In this document: piece by piece, positions 1-10,004 of the stretch
How positions within the stretch are numbered: position 1 is the first letter of the stretch
Layout of the letters: every line of letters begins with the position of its first letter
NCBI GenBank assembly: GCA_947494155.1
Contig: CANLTW010000003.1
Coordinates: 32,001 to 96,000 of the forward strand
Reading direction: 5' to 3'
DNA: 64,000 nucleotides
DNA from: Chlamydiota bacterium
Lineage (GTDB): Bacteria > Chlamydiota > Chlamydiia > Chlamydiales > RGXB01
Translations under genes and position numbers: made by a program
The notes under the pieces: generated by a model
What the model saw: only the letters and a program-made list of their open reading frames with translations
The model's database searches: none
Told to the model about the DNA's origin: nothing

Positions 1-3
1 ATT

Positions 4-1593
4 ATGATTACACTATCTAAGATTACCAAACGTGTGGGCACGCGTACCCTTTTTGAGGATGTTACCATTACTTTCAATAAAGGGCACCGTTATGCCGTAA
101 CAGGACCTAATGGGGCGGGCAAATCGACCCTTTTAAAAATTATTATGGGGCTTGAAGAGGCCACCTCCGGGACAGTAGCCCTTCCCAAAAAAACGGGCTA
201 TCTAAGGCAAAACATCCACGACTACAAAGATTTTTCCTTAAGGCAAGTGGTCATTATGGGCAATAAGCGCCTATGGGGAGCATTTGAAGAGCGGGACCGC
301 CTCTATGAAGTGGAGATGACGGACATGGTAGGTATGCGCTTAGGGACTTTAGAGGAGGTCATTGCTGAAGAGGATGGGTACATGGCCGACAGCGATGCCG
401 AAAAACTTCTAAGCGGTATGGGAATTCCAGAGGAGCTATTTGATCAGTTGATGGGGAATGTCCCCTCCGATCTGCAGTTTAGAGCCCTAATTTGCCAAGC
501 TCTTTTCGGCAACCCCGATGCCCTTATGCTTGACGAGCCGACCAACCACTTGGATCTCGATTCAATCACCTGGCTTGAGGAGTTTTTAAAAGACTACAAA
601 GGGACCTTGATTGTGGTCTCCCACGATCGCTATTTTCTCAATTCGGTGGCAACAGATATCGCAGATATAGACTACGAGACCATCATCCTCTATCCGGGGA
701 ACTACGATCAGATGGTGCAGACCAAAATGGATGTGCGTGAAAGAGCGCAGCAGGATGCCAAATCTAGAGAGAAAAAGATTGCTCAACTTCAAGATTTTAT
801 CCAGCGCTTCGGAGCAGGAACACGCTCAAGTCAGGCGACTTCTAGAAAAAAAGAGGTTTTAAGACTGCAGCCACAAGAGATGAAAAGAACGAACATCACC
901 CGCCCCTTTATTATGTTTGACGAACCCGATCGAGCGGCAAGCTTAGTATTTAAAGCGAATGACTTGAAGAAGGCGTATAATGACCAAACGGTTTTTGAGA
1001 AGCTGCAATTTACCATCTCAAGGGGGGATAAAGTGGGGGTGATCGGAGCCAACGGGATGGGTAAATCGACCCTTTTGAAGCTTTTGGCGCAACTTATAGC
1101 ACCTTCTCATGGGTCACTGGAGGTGGGGCAAAATGTGAAGATCGGCTACTTCCCACAGGAGCACCATGATATCGTGGATAAAAAAGAGCATATCTCCATG
1201 TTTGAGTGGTTAAGAGCTCGCAACCAAAGTGCCTATGATCAAGAGATTCGTGGAAGCCTTGGTAAGCTCCTTTTTTCGGGCGATGATGTTTTCAAAGAGA
1301 CCTACAAGTTATCGGGAGGTGAAACGGCCCGTCTGATTCTCTCCTACCTGATTTTGAGTAAACCGAATGTTTTGGTTTTAGACGAGCCAAACAACCATTT
1401 AGACCTTGAATCTGTATCGGCATTAGGGGATGGCTTGGAGAAGTTTACAGGGACCGTATTGATCGCATCCCATGATAGGGATCTAATCGATCGGGTAGCG
1501 ACGTCGATAATCTCGATTGAGCCTGACGGTGTACACTTTTTCAAAGGAACCCTTGAGGAGTATTTTGAAAGACGATCTAAGGCAACTCGGTAA
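4..1593 (+). CDS. ABC-F family ribosome-associated ATPase (YbiT/YheS-like)
   Basis: Two ABC domains (GPNGAGKST and GANGMGKST Walker A; LDEPTNHLD and LDEPNNHLD), a linker between them, no TM segments. Confidence 0.93.
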   Translation: MITLSKITKRVGTRTLFEDVTITFNKGHRYAVTGPNGAGKSTLLKIIMGLEEATSGTVALPKKTGYLRQNIHDYKDFSLRQVVIMGNKRLWGAFEERDRLYEVEMTDMVGMRLGTLEEVIAEEDGYMADSDAEKLLSGMGIPEELFDQLMGNVPSDLQFRALICQALFGNPDALMLDEPTNHLDLDSITWLEEFLKDYKGTLIVVSHDRYFLNSVATDIADIDYETIILYPGNYDQMVQTKMDVRERAQQDAKSREKKIAQLQDFIQRFGAGTRSSQATSRKKEVLRLQPQEMKRTNITRPFIMFDEPDRAASLVFKANDLKKAYNDQTVFEKLQFTISRGDKVGVIGANGMGKSTLLKLLAQLIAPSHGSLEVGQNVKIGYFPQEHHDIVDKKEHISMFEWLRARNQSAYDQEIRGSLGKLLFSGDDVFKETYKLSGGETARLILSYLILSKPNVLVLDEPNNHLDLESVSALGDGLEKFTGTVLIASHDRDLIDRVATSIISIEPDGVHFFKGTLEEYFERRSKATR

Positions 1594-2305
1594 ATACCAA
1601 TTCCTCGCTCTGCACTCGGGGGCAAAAAAAAGGATTTTGGCGAAACTGATTAGGCGTTTGTACCTTAATGAGGCGGATTGTGAGGCTATAGAGCACTACG
1701 AGCGTCTGAGAGGCTACGACGAGACTTTTCCTCCGCTTCCAAAAGGGGCTGAGGGGCTTTCTGCGCTGTATCACCAACTGATGGAATCGATAAAACCGAC
1801 TGGAGGCGCCCCCCAGATTTTGCCCCAAATCCGCAGACTCGATCAATTAGAAAAACTGACCCCTTTTTTGCCCTTCAGTATCTACCTGGATCAGATCCGT
1901 TCAGCGTATAATCTAGGTAGTATTATTCGTACATGCGAAGCCTTTCGGCTAGGTTCCATACATCTTTCTCCATTTTGCCCCTCTAAAGGGCATAAGGAGA
2001 TTGCAAAAACAGCACTAGGGGCAGAGCACCATGTGGAGATTTTTGAAAACGCCCGTTTAGAGGACCTCCCGCGCCCCTGGATTGCGCTAGAAACAGGCAC
2101 CAATGCATACAATTATGCCTCATTCCCCTTTCCCCAAGCGGGCGGAACCCTAATTTTTGGAAACGAAGAGTTTGGCGTTTCCAATACGATTCTCGCCAAA
2201 GCTGACTATCTCGTCGAAATCCCTCTGCAAGGGGTAAAAAACTCACTCAACGTAGCCAACGCCTTCTCCATCATTGCAAGCTCCATCCGTAACACCTTTT
2301 CTTAG
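1517..2305 (+). CDS. TrmH/SpoU family RNA 2'-O-methyltransferase
   Basis: NLGSIIRT, LIFGNEEFGV and IPLQGVKNSLNVANA SPOUT motifs; true start possibly TTG ~1565, overlapping the ABC-F end. Confidence 0.9.
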   Translation: MSLTVYTFSKEPLRSILKDDLRQLGKYQFLALHSGAKKRILAKLIRRLYLNEADCEAIEHYERLRGYDETFPPLPKGAEGLSALYHQLMESIKPTGGAPQILPQIRRLDQLEKLTPFLPFSIYLDQIRSAYNLGSIIRTCEAFRLGSIHLSPFCPSKGHKEIAKTALGAEHHVEIFENARLEDLPRPWIALETGTNAYNYASFPFPQAGGTLIFGNEEFGVSNTILAKADYLVEIPLQGVKNSLNVANAFSIIASSIRNTFS

Positions 2306-2613
2306 TAACTTCTTAAAGAAAAAATCTCATTTGAAATACTCTCCTTTAACTTCTTACCTAAAGCTAACTAAAAAGTCGATTTTTTACCGTTTGCTCAAAA
2401 ACAGCAAAATAGACATCTAAATTTTTTGTCTTGCTTCAGTTAATTTAAACCTTACTTAAAGGGCTATAGAAAATATTTCTTGTCCCAAAATTTTTGGTTT
2501 ACGAACACATACATCATATTTCAAAAATTTATCTATCTATAGGATGAGAAAATATTTTTGCGTATTTTAGGAGTTGTTTACAAAAATGCTCGTCTTTGAA
2601 ATAGAAAAAAAGG

Positions 2614-4062
2614 ATGAATAGATATATCTCTTACGCTTTTTTTATTGTTTTGATCGTCTCGATTGGATTACTGGCTAAAGCGGTGGAGAGGATGGAATTG
2701 AAAGCTAGAACAGCTCTTAAGAGAAATGTCGAACGGTATTTCCTCGCTTTTGAACAAAAAACGCAAAAGCTCGATGTTCTTGGTCAAAAAAACTATTTGG
2801 GTCAACTCACTATCCAGGGATCGAAATGGCCTATTCTTGTACAATATACTGAAGATCACTGGAAAATCCTTCAACCTGTGCAAAGAGTCGGTTTAGACAA
2901 CAACTATTTCTCGAAAAAAAGTTTTAAAATCACCTCTGCGCTATGGTCTAGAGAGGAATCCCCCGTAAGAACCACCTACTACCGTATTCTACCCCAAAAA
3001 GGTGGAGGACATCGCGTTCTGGAGATCCACGATTTTGAAACATTATTTCTAGCTCCTTTTGAGAATCTTCAGCTCTGTTTTACCAAAAAAGAGACTCTTG
3101 ACAGTTCAATCCCCTTTTTCAACATCCAAGATCCACAGTTAAAAAAAGGGGGAACGTACACTTGGAAAGGGTACCAGGTAGAGACTAAACGAACTCTAGA
3201 GGGGATCAACGAACCCCTTTTACTGCAGATGGTGCACCCGTATTCATTTGAAATCTGGATGTGTCTACTGGCCACAGCTTTTAGCACCCTTTTAGTTTGT
3301 ATAGATCTTTTCAAAATTGCCAAAAAGGGGGGGAAAGTTCACTGGTGGGTAGGCTATTGCCTCTCGTCAGTAGCTTTAGTCTTAGTTGTAGCTCTCTATA
3401 ATCAAAAGAAGAGCGAAATTTGGACTCTGGAAAAAAAGCTCTTTCACTACGATTCTGCCGCCTTTTCAGGGGCACAGGAGTATATCTATCATATCCAACA
3501 GCTCGCAAAATCGCTGCAAAGTATTTATCATGATGACATATTGAAGGCCGATGCCTCCATTTTAAAAAAATGGCCTTATATTGAGAGGATTCAGTGGATC
3601 GATCACAAAAAAAATCTTCTAAAAGAGATTGGCCCTCCACAACCAAAACATTCCCCCTCCTTAAGAACCCTTTTTATGAAAGATACGGGCTGGATTCTAA
3701 CAAATAAGGAGTCAGAGTCCCCTCTTTTCATCCATTATCTAACGGAAAATGAGGTCTCTATTTACTTGCAAATGGACTTTAAGCCACTTTCTTTAGGCTT
3801 TCTCTCATTGCGAGAAAAAGCTCTCACCGAGTACAGCCTCAGTACCCTTTCTGCGAAAAACGAACCAAACCACACTGAACAGATTGGGGATAGCCCTTTT
3901 ATCTTAAAAAAAGAGAGAGATTCTCAGCCTCACCTCTATTTTTTCTTTTTAGCTATTCCATTTTTTACCCTTGGTTGGGCCTATTTCCTTCTTAGAATCT
4001 ACCACCTCGCAATAATAAAAAAGACCCACCTACCTCAAAACTCCAAAGTTTCACACAGCTAG
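2614..4062 (+). CDS. Hypothetical 4-TM membrane protein with two extracytoplasmic (Cache-like?) domains
   Basis: 482-aa ORF with AAAGG before the ATG; hydrophobic segments at the N-terminus, twice mid-protein and at the C-terminus. Confidence 0.7.
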   Translation: MNRYISYAFFIVLIVSIGLLAKAVERMELKARTALKRNVERYFLAFEQKTQKLDVLGQKNYLGQLTIQGSKWPILVQYTEDHWKILQPVQRVGLDNNYFSKKSFKITSALWSREESPVRTTYYRILPQKGGGHRVLEIHDFETLFLAPFENLQLCFTKKETLDSSIPFFNIQDPQLKKGGTYTWKGYQVETKRTLEGINEPLLLQMVHPYSFEIWMCLLATAFSTLLVCIDLFKIAKKGGKVHWWVGYCLSSVALVLVVALYNQKKSEIWTLEKKLFHYDSAAFSGAQEYIYHIQQLAKSLQSIYHDDILKADASILKKWPYIERIQWIDHKKNLLKEIGPPQPKHSPSLRTLFMKDTGWILTNKESESPLFIHYLTENEVSIYLQMDFKPLSLGFLSLREKALTEYSLSTLSAKNEPNHTEQIGDSPFILKKERDSQPHLYFFFLAIPFFTLGWAYFLLRIYHLAIIKKTHLPQNSKVSHS

Positions 4063-4194
4063 GATTTGGTTTTCATGAACTGTGAAAAAATCCACTATTA
4101 GAGTTAAAAAAGTGCAATCTCTTTCCTGTCATAGCTCCTAAACTTTACAAAAAGGGGGGGATCTATTAGTGTCAAAAAAAAATAGGGACTTTCT

Positions 4195-4602
4195 ATGCAA
4201 CAAGATGATCTAAAACATCAGCTCCAAATACACCTTCGACAATTTATCCGGCTTATTCGGCTTAGAGATGCCGTTATGGAACCCGAAATTTTGAAAAAAA
4301 TCGCAGAAAATATCGTTCATCTAAAAGAGACAGCATCCAAAGTGCACCATTCGAACTCTATGACAGATGAGTTGCGCACCAACGCAAAAATTATAGAAAA
4401 TATGATGCTGCAAGAGCTTGAAGCCGATGGGGTAGAGGCCTCATATTACCAGGCTGCAAGGCATTTAATTGAGTCTGACAACCCCGATGAAATGAAAAAA
4501 CTTGTTAAGGAGCTTCTCGCTTTTTCAAGCGTTGAGGAGCGCTATTCTCTTATAGACCATTTTGCACACATAGCAGACAATCCCGATACAACGCTCGATT
4601 AA
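4195..4602 (+). CDS. Hypothetical helical protein
   Basis: 135-aa ORF with AGGGA upstream; stop overlaps the convergent rnz stop; no recognisable motif. Confidence 0.65.
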   Translation: MQQDDLKHQLQIHLRQFIRLIRLRDAVMEPEILKKIAENIVHLKETASKVHHSNSMTDELRTNAKIIENMMLQELEADGVEASYYQAARHLIESDNPDEMKKLVKELLAFSSVEERYSLIDHFAHIADNPDTTLD

Positions 4603-5516
4603 AAAGAGAAACGTTTCAGATCTTGGGCTGCATAAGCATTCAAAAAGATTTTTCTGGCCTCCTCTTCAAAAAGAGTTTGGTCAGAATACCTTGCGGAAAA
4701 ATGGGTCATGACCATCTTTTCTACTTCAGCCTGTTTAGCAATTTTTGCAGCCTGACTTGCTGTCATGTGTTTATAGTTTTCGGCCAACTCCCTCTCCTCT
4801 TCAAGATAGGTCGATTCGATTAAAAGAAGTTTTGCATGTTTCGACAGCTCAACAGCTTGTGAGCACTCTAATGTATCGATCACGACAGCTACGCTATCGC
4901 CCGGCTTAACATAGGATACATCATCTATATCCACTCGCCCATGCTGGGTTACAATCACCCCCTTTTCAAGGAGCTCTTTGACCATTGGTCCCTGCACACC
5001 CTTTTCCTTTAATTTTGACTGGATACATTTACGGGAATCCTTCTCCTGGATGCGCCAGCCAACACAATCGATTCCATGGTTAAGCATCGCCCCGTAGATA
5101 AAAAAATCCTCGGTCTCATCCACAAGGGTCAGCTCCTTAGAGACCTTTACCGGGTGCTCCACGATGGTGATTGTTTGTGTATAAATGGAGGAATATCTAA
5201 GGTTGTCAAAATATCTTTTGCCGCTTTCTGGATAGTAGATATGGATAGGCTGGGGAACTTTATCCAGGTTGAGACGTAAAATCATAGCACCCAAACCCAG
5301 GCAGTGGTCCCCGTGGAAATGGCTTACAAAAATTCTAGTCACCGCCGTTGGGGCAATATTTGCAAAAATAAATTGTCTTTGCGTTGCTTCTCCGGGATCA
5401 AACAAAAATCCCTCTTTTTTCCAACGCAATAAATAGGCATTATGGTTTCTTTCTCTAGTATGCTGTTGCGAACCGCAACCCAAAATCGTTAATTCTCGTA
5501 AACTCAAGTTGAACAC
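4599..5516 (-). CDS. rnz: Ribonuclease Z
   Basis: SHFHGDHCLG metallo-beta-lactamase motif, DPGEATQRQ, EST and HFSARY motifs, exosite arm. Confidence 0.95.
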   Translation of the reverse strand: MFNLSLRELTILGCGSQQHTRERNHNAYLLRWKKEGFLFDPGEATQRQFIFANIAPTAVTRIFVSHFHGDHCLGLGAMILRLNLDKVPQPIHIYYPESGKRYFDNLRYSSIYTQTITIVEHPVKVSKELTLVDETEDFFIYGAMLNHGIDCVGWRIQEKDSRKCIQSKLKEKGVQGPMVKELLEKGVIVTQHGRVDIDDVSYVKPGDSVAVVIDTLECSQAVELSKHAKLLLIESTYLEEERELAENYKHMTASQAAKIAKQAEVEKMVMTHFSARYSDQTLFEEEARKIFLNAYAAQDLKRFSF

Positions 5517-6280
5517 CTAAACCATCGATTAAAACCTAAAATTCCTCCAAATAAAGCACCAGTCAAATGTGCCGTATTTGCTATCGGACTCACCACTGTA
5601 GTCCCACTCAAAAAGACAAATACCTGTCCAAATAACTCGAGAAGTGTCAAAAACAAAATATAAATAAAAAGAAGACTTATCCCCGATTTTGAGAGCGGAT
5701 AGCCCTCCCAAGGAGCCCTTTTTGTCCGGATATAAATAAAACCGGCGAGTGCGCAAACTACCCCCGAAACCCCAAGAAATAGGGGGCCAGTCACAAAAAA
5801 TTGGGCAACGTTTGCTATACTTCCCGTTAGTAAAATCAGCACAAGCAACTTAAGAGGGCCCGCCCTTTTTTCAATCATCGATCCTAGAGGGGCAAACCAC
5901 AACAAGTTGAACAAAATATGTATGAAGTTAGCATGTAAAAGTGCAGGGGTGAAAATGCGAAAAAATTGTCCGTTAACGATAGACAAACTCAAAAATGGGA
6001 TATCCATTGTTCCCTGTTGGCGACCTTCAGAAAGTATTTTAGACAGAACCTCTTGTGTGATCGGGTCTAACGCATCGAATGATGGGACACTTTTTTGTGA
6101 CAGCAAAAGATCATATAATTGCCGATCTAAGGGGAAATCTTGAAACATCAGGATCGTTTTTATGGGAGTCAGGGGGATGATCGATTGCACGTAGGAGGAG
6201 GCACCCGAAAAAAGTTGAAAAAATTGGTAGGTATCTAAAAGGTATACCGCAACCATCAAATAACAGAATAATCTAACCAA
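5504..6280 (-). CDS. Rhomboid intramembrane serine protease (GlpG-like)
   Basis: LHANFIHILFN, catalytic GVSG and AHLTG; multiple TM helices. Confidence 0.92.
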   Translation of the reverse strand: MVRLFCYLMVAVYLLDTYQFFQLFSGASSYVQSIIPLTPIKTILMFQDFPLDRQLYDLLLSQKSVPSFDALDPITQEVLSKILSEGRQQGTMDIPFLSLSIVNGQFFRIFTPALLHANFIHILFNLLWFAPLGSMIEKRAGPLKLLVLILLTGSIANVAQFFVTGPLFLGVSGVVCALAGFIYIRTKRAPWEGYPLSKSGISLLFIYILFLTLLELFGQVFVFLSGTTVVSPIANTAHLTGALFGGILGFNRWFRCST

Positions 6281-6845
6281 TTTTTTTACCCAAAGACAAG
6301 ATTTTTTGTATAATCGAGGAAGTGGAAAGCCCCTCTAGCTTTTCCACAATAAAAAGATTCCCCCCCCCCTCACGGACGGTATTAGCCTCGATGCAGTTGC
6401 TCCCGTACTCTGAACCATTGACATGGATATCAGGTCGACAGATTTCTAGGAGTTCTCGCGGATCGTCTTGGTCAAACCAAGTAACATAATCGACAAATAG
6501 AAAAGAGGCCATCATCTTCACGCGCCCCTCAAGATTGATTATCGGACGATCAGTAGATTTATACCGCCGAATCGAAGCGTCGGTATTAAGAGCCACTAGA
6601 ACCACTCCGTTGTCCCCCTTTAAATCAAAAGCTTGGGACAACATCTCTAGGTGCCCTGCATGGGGAAGATCAAAAGAGCCATTCAGGGTAATCAACCTTT
6701 TGTTTTGCTCCCTCAAACTAGTAATCGATTCTGCTAGTGTATCAGGAGCTAGGACTTTACGCCTCAGGGCCGGATGCCACTTGGATACGTCTATTGTTTG
6801 GGTAGTCGAATGCAACTTTGAAGACATCCTCATATGTATCCACAA
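6273..6845 (-). CDS. HldE/RfaE C-terminal-like nucleotidyltransferase (heptose-1-P adenylyltransferase / cytidylyltransferase family)
   Basis: NGSFDLPHAGH (HxGH), LNTDASIRRYK..RPI, STSSII motifs; start uncertain and overlaps the lon 3' end. Confidence 0.85.
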   Translation of the reverse strand: MWIHMRMSSKLHSTTQTIDVSKWHPALRRKVLAPDTLAESITSLREQNKRLITLNGSFDLPHAGHLEMLSQAFDLKGDNGVVLVALNTDASIRRYKSTDRPIINLEGRVKMMASFLFVDYVTWFDQDDPRELLEICRPDIHVNGSEYGSNCIEANTVREGGGNLFIVEKLEGLSTSSIIQKILSLGKKIG

Positions 6846-9189
6846 ATACTACATGAATTCCCGTTTTTAGATAATCGGGAAGTTCATCAAAGTCCCTCTT
6901 ATTCTCCTTCGGGAGAATGAGGTGGTCTAATTTCGAACGCCTCAAAGCGATCACTTTCTCTCTAACACCGCCGATAGGAAGAACTTTACCTGTAACGGTG
7001 ATCTCTCCGGTCATCCCAAGGCCTTTCAACACCTTTACATCCATAAGCAAAGAAAAAAGGGCCGTTACCATGGTAATACCCGCTGATGGACCATCTTTTG
7101 GTGTAGCTCCCTCGGGCACGTGGATATGAATCTCGTTTTTTTCGAAGAACCGATGATGGGGTGCAAACTTCTCAATAGAGCTCATGAAATAGGTCCAAGC
7201 AATCTGTGCAGACTCTTTCATCACCTCACCGAGATTTCCAGTGAGCTTCATCACTGTTTTATCCACATTCGGCGTCTTAACCGCTTCGATGCTCAATGTG
7301 GCCCCGCCCATACTCGTCCAGGCAAGACCCACGACTACTCCAGGAGGTGGATCTGCGTAAAGGAGATCTTGTGTAAAGATGGGTTGCTTAAGGTAGTCTG
7401 TGAGATTTTCTTCGGTTACAACAACCGATTTTTTCTTTTTTGTAACGACCTCTTTCGCCGCCTTACCCATAATTTTCTGAATCAACTTCTCCAGATTACG
7501 TACCCCCGCCTCTCTTGCGTAGCCATCTATCATAGCTATAACCGCATCCTGGTGGAGCTTTACCTGAGTCGCTTTCAATCCCGACTCTTTTCTAGTCTTA
7601 GGGATCAGATACTTTTCGGCTATTTTGACTTTTTCTTCCAAAATATAACCGGAAAGACGTATCACATCCATACGATCTAATAAAGGGGTTGGAATAGTAT
7701 CTAAGGTATTGGCCGTGACGATGAATAACACATTCGAAAGATCTAAAGGGACATCAAGGTAATGGTCCATGAAATCGGCGTTTTGCTCCGGATCAAGCAC
7801 CTCAAGCAAAGCAGCGGAGGGGTCATAATGACCGTTTCCGATTTTGTCAATCTCGTCGATCAATATAACTGGGTTCACTGTTTTCGTCATTTTGAGCGCT
7901 TGGACCAGTTTACCGGGCATTGCTCCTACATAGGTGCGTCTATGCCCCTTGATCTCAGCCTCATCACGCATCCCCCCTACAGAAAAACGGAAAAACTTCC
8001 GATTGAGAGCGTGAGCAATACACTTTCCAATACTCGTTTTTCCGACTCCCGGAGGTCCGACTAAACAGATGATTTTTCCCCGGGTTGTACGGCTAAGCTG
8101 ACCGACTGCTATAATTTCTAAAATTCGCTCTTTGACATCCTCAAGTCCATAGTGGTCTTTGTCGAGGATCTCTTTTGCCCGTTCGACATCAAACACATCT
8201 TTCGATTTCAATCCCCAGGGGACTAAAGTAAGCCAGTCGAGGTAATTTCGGCAGACCCCGTATTCAGCTGATTGCACATCCAAAAAAGCAAGCTTATCCA
8301 GCTCCTCATGGATGGTTTTCAAAATGGGGGCAGGTACAGTCAACTTCTCTAGACGTTTTTCAAACTTATCCACATCTAAAGTCTTGTCGTCTTTCTCAAG
8401 ACCAAGCTCTTTTTTGATTGTTTTAAGCTGTTCTTTGAGAAAATACTCTTTTTGCGATTTAGTGATATTCGCTTCAATTTTTTGGGTGATCGTGTTTTGC
8501 AGCTGATTTAAATCGAGCTCTTTTTTTAATAGAAGAAGCGCTTTTTCGCTCCTCTCTTTAAGATCAAACGCATCTAAGACTTGCTGTAACTCCTCGCGGG
8601 TCGCTGTTGTCAACGCCACCGAATAATCGGCAAGCCGTCCTGGATCAGTAAAATCGGAGTGACCCAAGAAAACCTGCAGCTCCTCCTTGAAAAGGGGGTT
8701 GAGCTTTAACAGCTCCTTGGTCGTCGTCAAAATACTTGTTGAATAGGCCTTGATGAGCTCCTCGTCTTCTCCCTCCACGTTATCAAAATGGGGGATAAAA
8801 GAGGCCTTCAAAGGCTTAGTTTGCGCTTTGGGGTTCTTGAGCTCAATACGACACTCGACGCTTAAAAAAACTTGAGCTCCCTGCTCTTGCAGAGGGGCCA
8901 CTCGTAAAACTTTTGCTAGAACGCCTATCGGATGAAGGTCGTTAAAACCTACAGAATAGATCCCGATATTCTCTTTCTTGGTCATAGAAAGAGCCACATA
9001 GCGATCTTCCGACTTGGCTATTGACCTCAAAGCCTCATAAAAAGGGCCTGGTTCAATAGTCAATGAGGCAGCCATTCCCGGAAAAAAGGGCCTTTTTGTC
9101 AGGGGAAGCACATAGACCGAACCGGCCTTGATTGACTTAGGACTTGCCTGCTTCTTCGGAGTCTTTTTTTTTGGTTTTTTGTATTCCAA
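6757..9189 (-). CDS. lon: ATP-dependent Lon protease
   Basis: GPPGVGKTS Walker A, DEIDK, PKDGPSAG catalytic Ser, downstream IGGVREK Lys. Confidence 0.98.
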   Translation of the reverse strand: MEYKKPKKKTPKKQASPKSIKAGSVYVLPLTKRPFFPGMAASLTIEPGPFYEALRSIAKSEDRYVALSMTKKENIGIYSVGFNDLHPIGVLAKVLRVAPLQEQGAQVFLSVECRIELKNPKAQTKPLKASFIPHFDNVEGEDEELIKAYSTSILTTTKELLKLNPLFKEELQVFLGHSDFTDPGRLADYSVALTTATREELQQVLDAFDLKERSEKALLLLKKELDLNQLQNTITQKIEANITKSQKEYFLKEQLKTIKKELGLEKDDKTLDVDKFEKRLEKLTVPAPILKTIHEELDKLAFLDVQSAEYGVCRNYLDWLTLVPWGLKSKDVFDVERAKEILDKDHYGLEDVKERILEIIAVGQLSRTTRGKIICLVGPPGVGKTSIGKCIAHALNRKFFRFSVGGMRDEAEIKGHRRTYVGAMPGKLVQALKMTKTVNPVILIDEIDKIGNGHYDPSAALLEVLDPEQNADFMDHYLDVPLDLSNVLFIVTANTLDTIPTPLLDRMDVIRLSGYILEEKVKIAEKYLIPKTRKESGLKATQVKLHQDAVIAMIDGYAREAGVRNLEKLIQKIMGKAAKEVVTKKKKSVVVTEENLTDYLKQPIFTQDLLYADPPPGVVVGLAWTSMGGATLSIEAVKTPNVDKTVMKLTGNLGEVMKESAQIAWTYFMSSIEKFAPHHRFFEKNEIHIHVPEGATPKDGPSAGITMVTALFSLLMDVKVLKGLGMTGEITVTGKVLPIGGVREKVIALRRSKLDHLILPKENKRDFDELPDYLKTGIHVVFVDTYEDVFKVAFDYPNNRRIQVASGPEA

Positions 9190-9369
9190 GGTACTTTTTC
9201 AACTAAATTGGTGATTCAATTGGATAATCTTACCATAGAGAATCGTTTTCGCGGTAGACTACCAAACATTTTATTCCAATCAGCTCACACTGAATTGATT
9301 GGAAATAGACGTTTACCCTACCCCCTTTTTTGTACCAAATATTAAGGATTTTTGCTAACTTAATCATTT

Positions 9370-9897
9370 ATGTACATCCTTGTTATAGACTTAAGCTACC
9401 AATCCGGAACCGTTTTTATTCTTGACGAATCACAAGAGGTGGTTTGCGAGGTTGAAGCGCCCCCACCCCACAGCTTACCCATTATCATACAAGAGCTTAC
9501 AAATAACGGTTTGATAAAACTAGATGCAGTAGCCATCCCCCAGGGGCCAGGAAATTTTACCCCCCTTCGCCTTGCAGCTACGGTAGCAATTGCCCTCTGC
9601 GAAAGCCTAGAAATCCCCCTAATCGCCTACTCCCCTTTTTTGAATCAGGTTAACGCCGCATCAAAAGAGGGGGAAGCGATTCTTGATGCCCGCTCAAACC
9701 TTTCCTACCATTCCTTTTTTAACCAAAAAGGGCAGGGAGTGGAATTTACCCCTACTACCCTTGTCGAAAAAATTTGTGATACGCCCTACCTCACCTGTAA
9801 AAAAACCCTTGGTTTTCATGTAATAAATTTATTTAAAAACAAACAGTTTACCGAACTTAAAGGCTTTAAAATTGAATATGTCAAAAAGCCGCGCTAA
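9370..9897 (+). CDS. tsaB: tRNA t6A biosynthesis protein TsaB (short, divergent)
   Basis: ILVIDLS N-terminus, GPGNFTPLR (GPGSFTGxR-like) and LDAR motifs. Confidence 0.8.
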   Translation: MYILVIDLSYQSGTVFILDESQEVVCEVEAPPPHSLPIIIQELTNNGLIKLDAVAIPQGPGNFTPLRLAATVAIALCESLEIPLIAYSPFLNQVNAASKEGEAILDARSNLSYHSFFNQKGQGVEFTPTTLVEKICDTPYLTCKKTLGFHVINLFKNKQFTELKGFKIEYVKKPR

Positions 9898-9948
9898 ACC
9901 CTTTAAAACTCTAGAGACAAAGATTTTAACATCTATAAGCCAAAACGG

Positions 9949-9978
9949 TTGACTTTTCGTAAGACAATCCCCTATAAT
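9949..9978 (+). promoter_or_regulatory. sigma66/sigma70-type promoter of rpsU-dnaJ
   Basis: TTGACT (9949-9954), 18 nt, TATAAT (9973-9978). Confidence 0.7.
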
Positions 9979-10004
9979 CTGAGCCAAATCATTAGGAAAA
10001 ATTC

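Noticed and set aside
7120..7680. Long antisense and alternative-frame ORFs in the track (e.g. 7120..7680, 53542..54027, 23307..23744)
   Set aside because: Shadows of well-supported genes, with no motifs or translation signals
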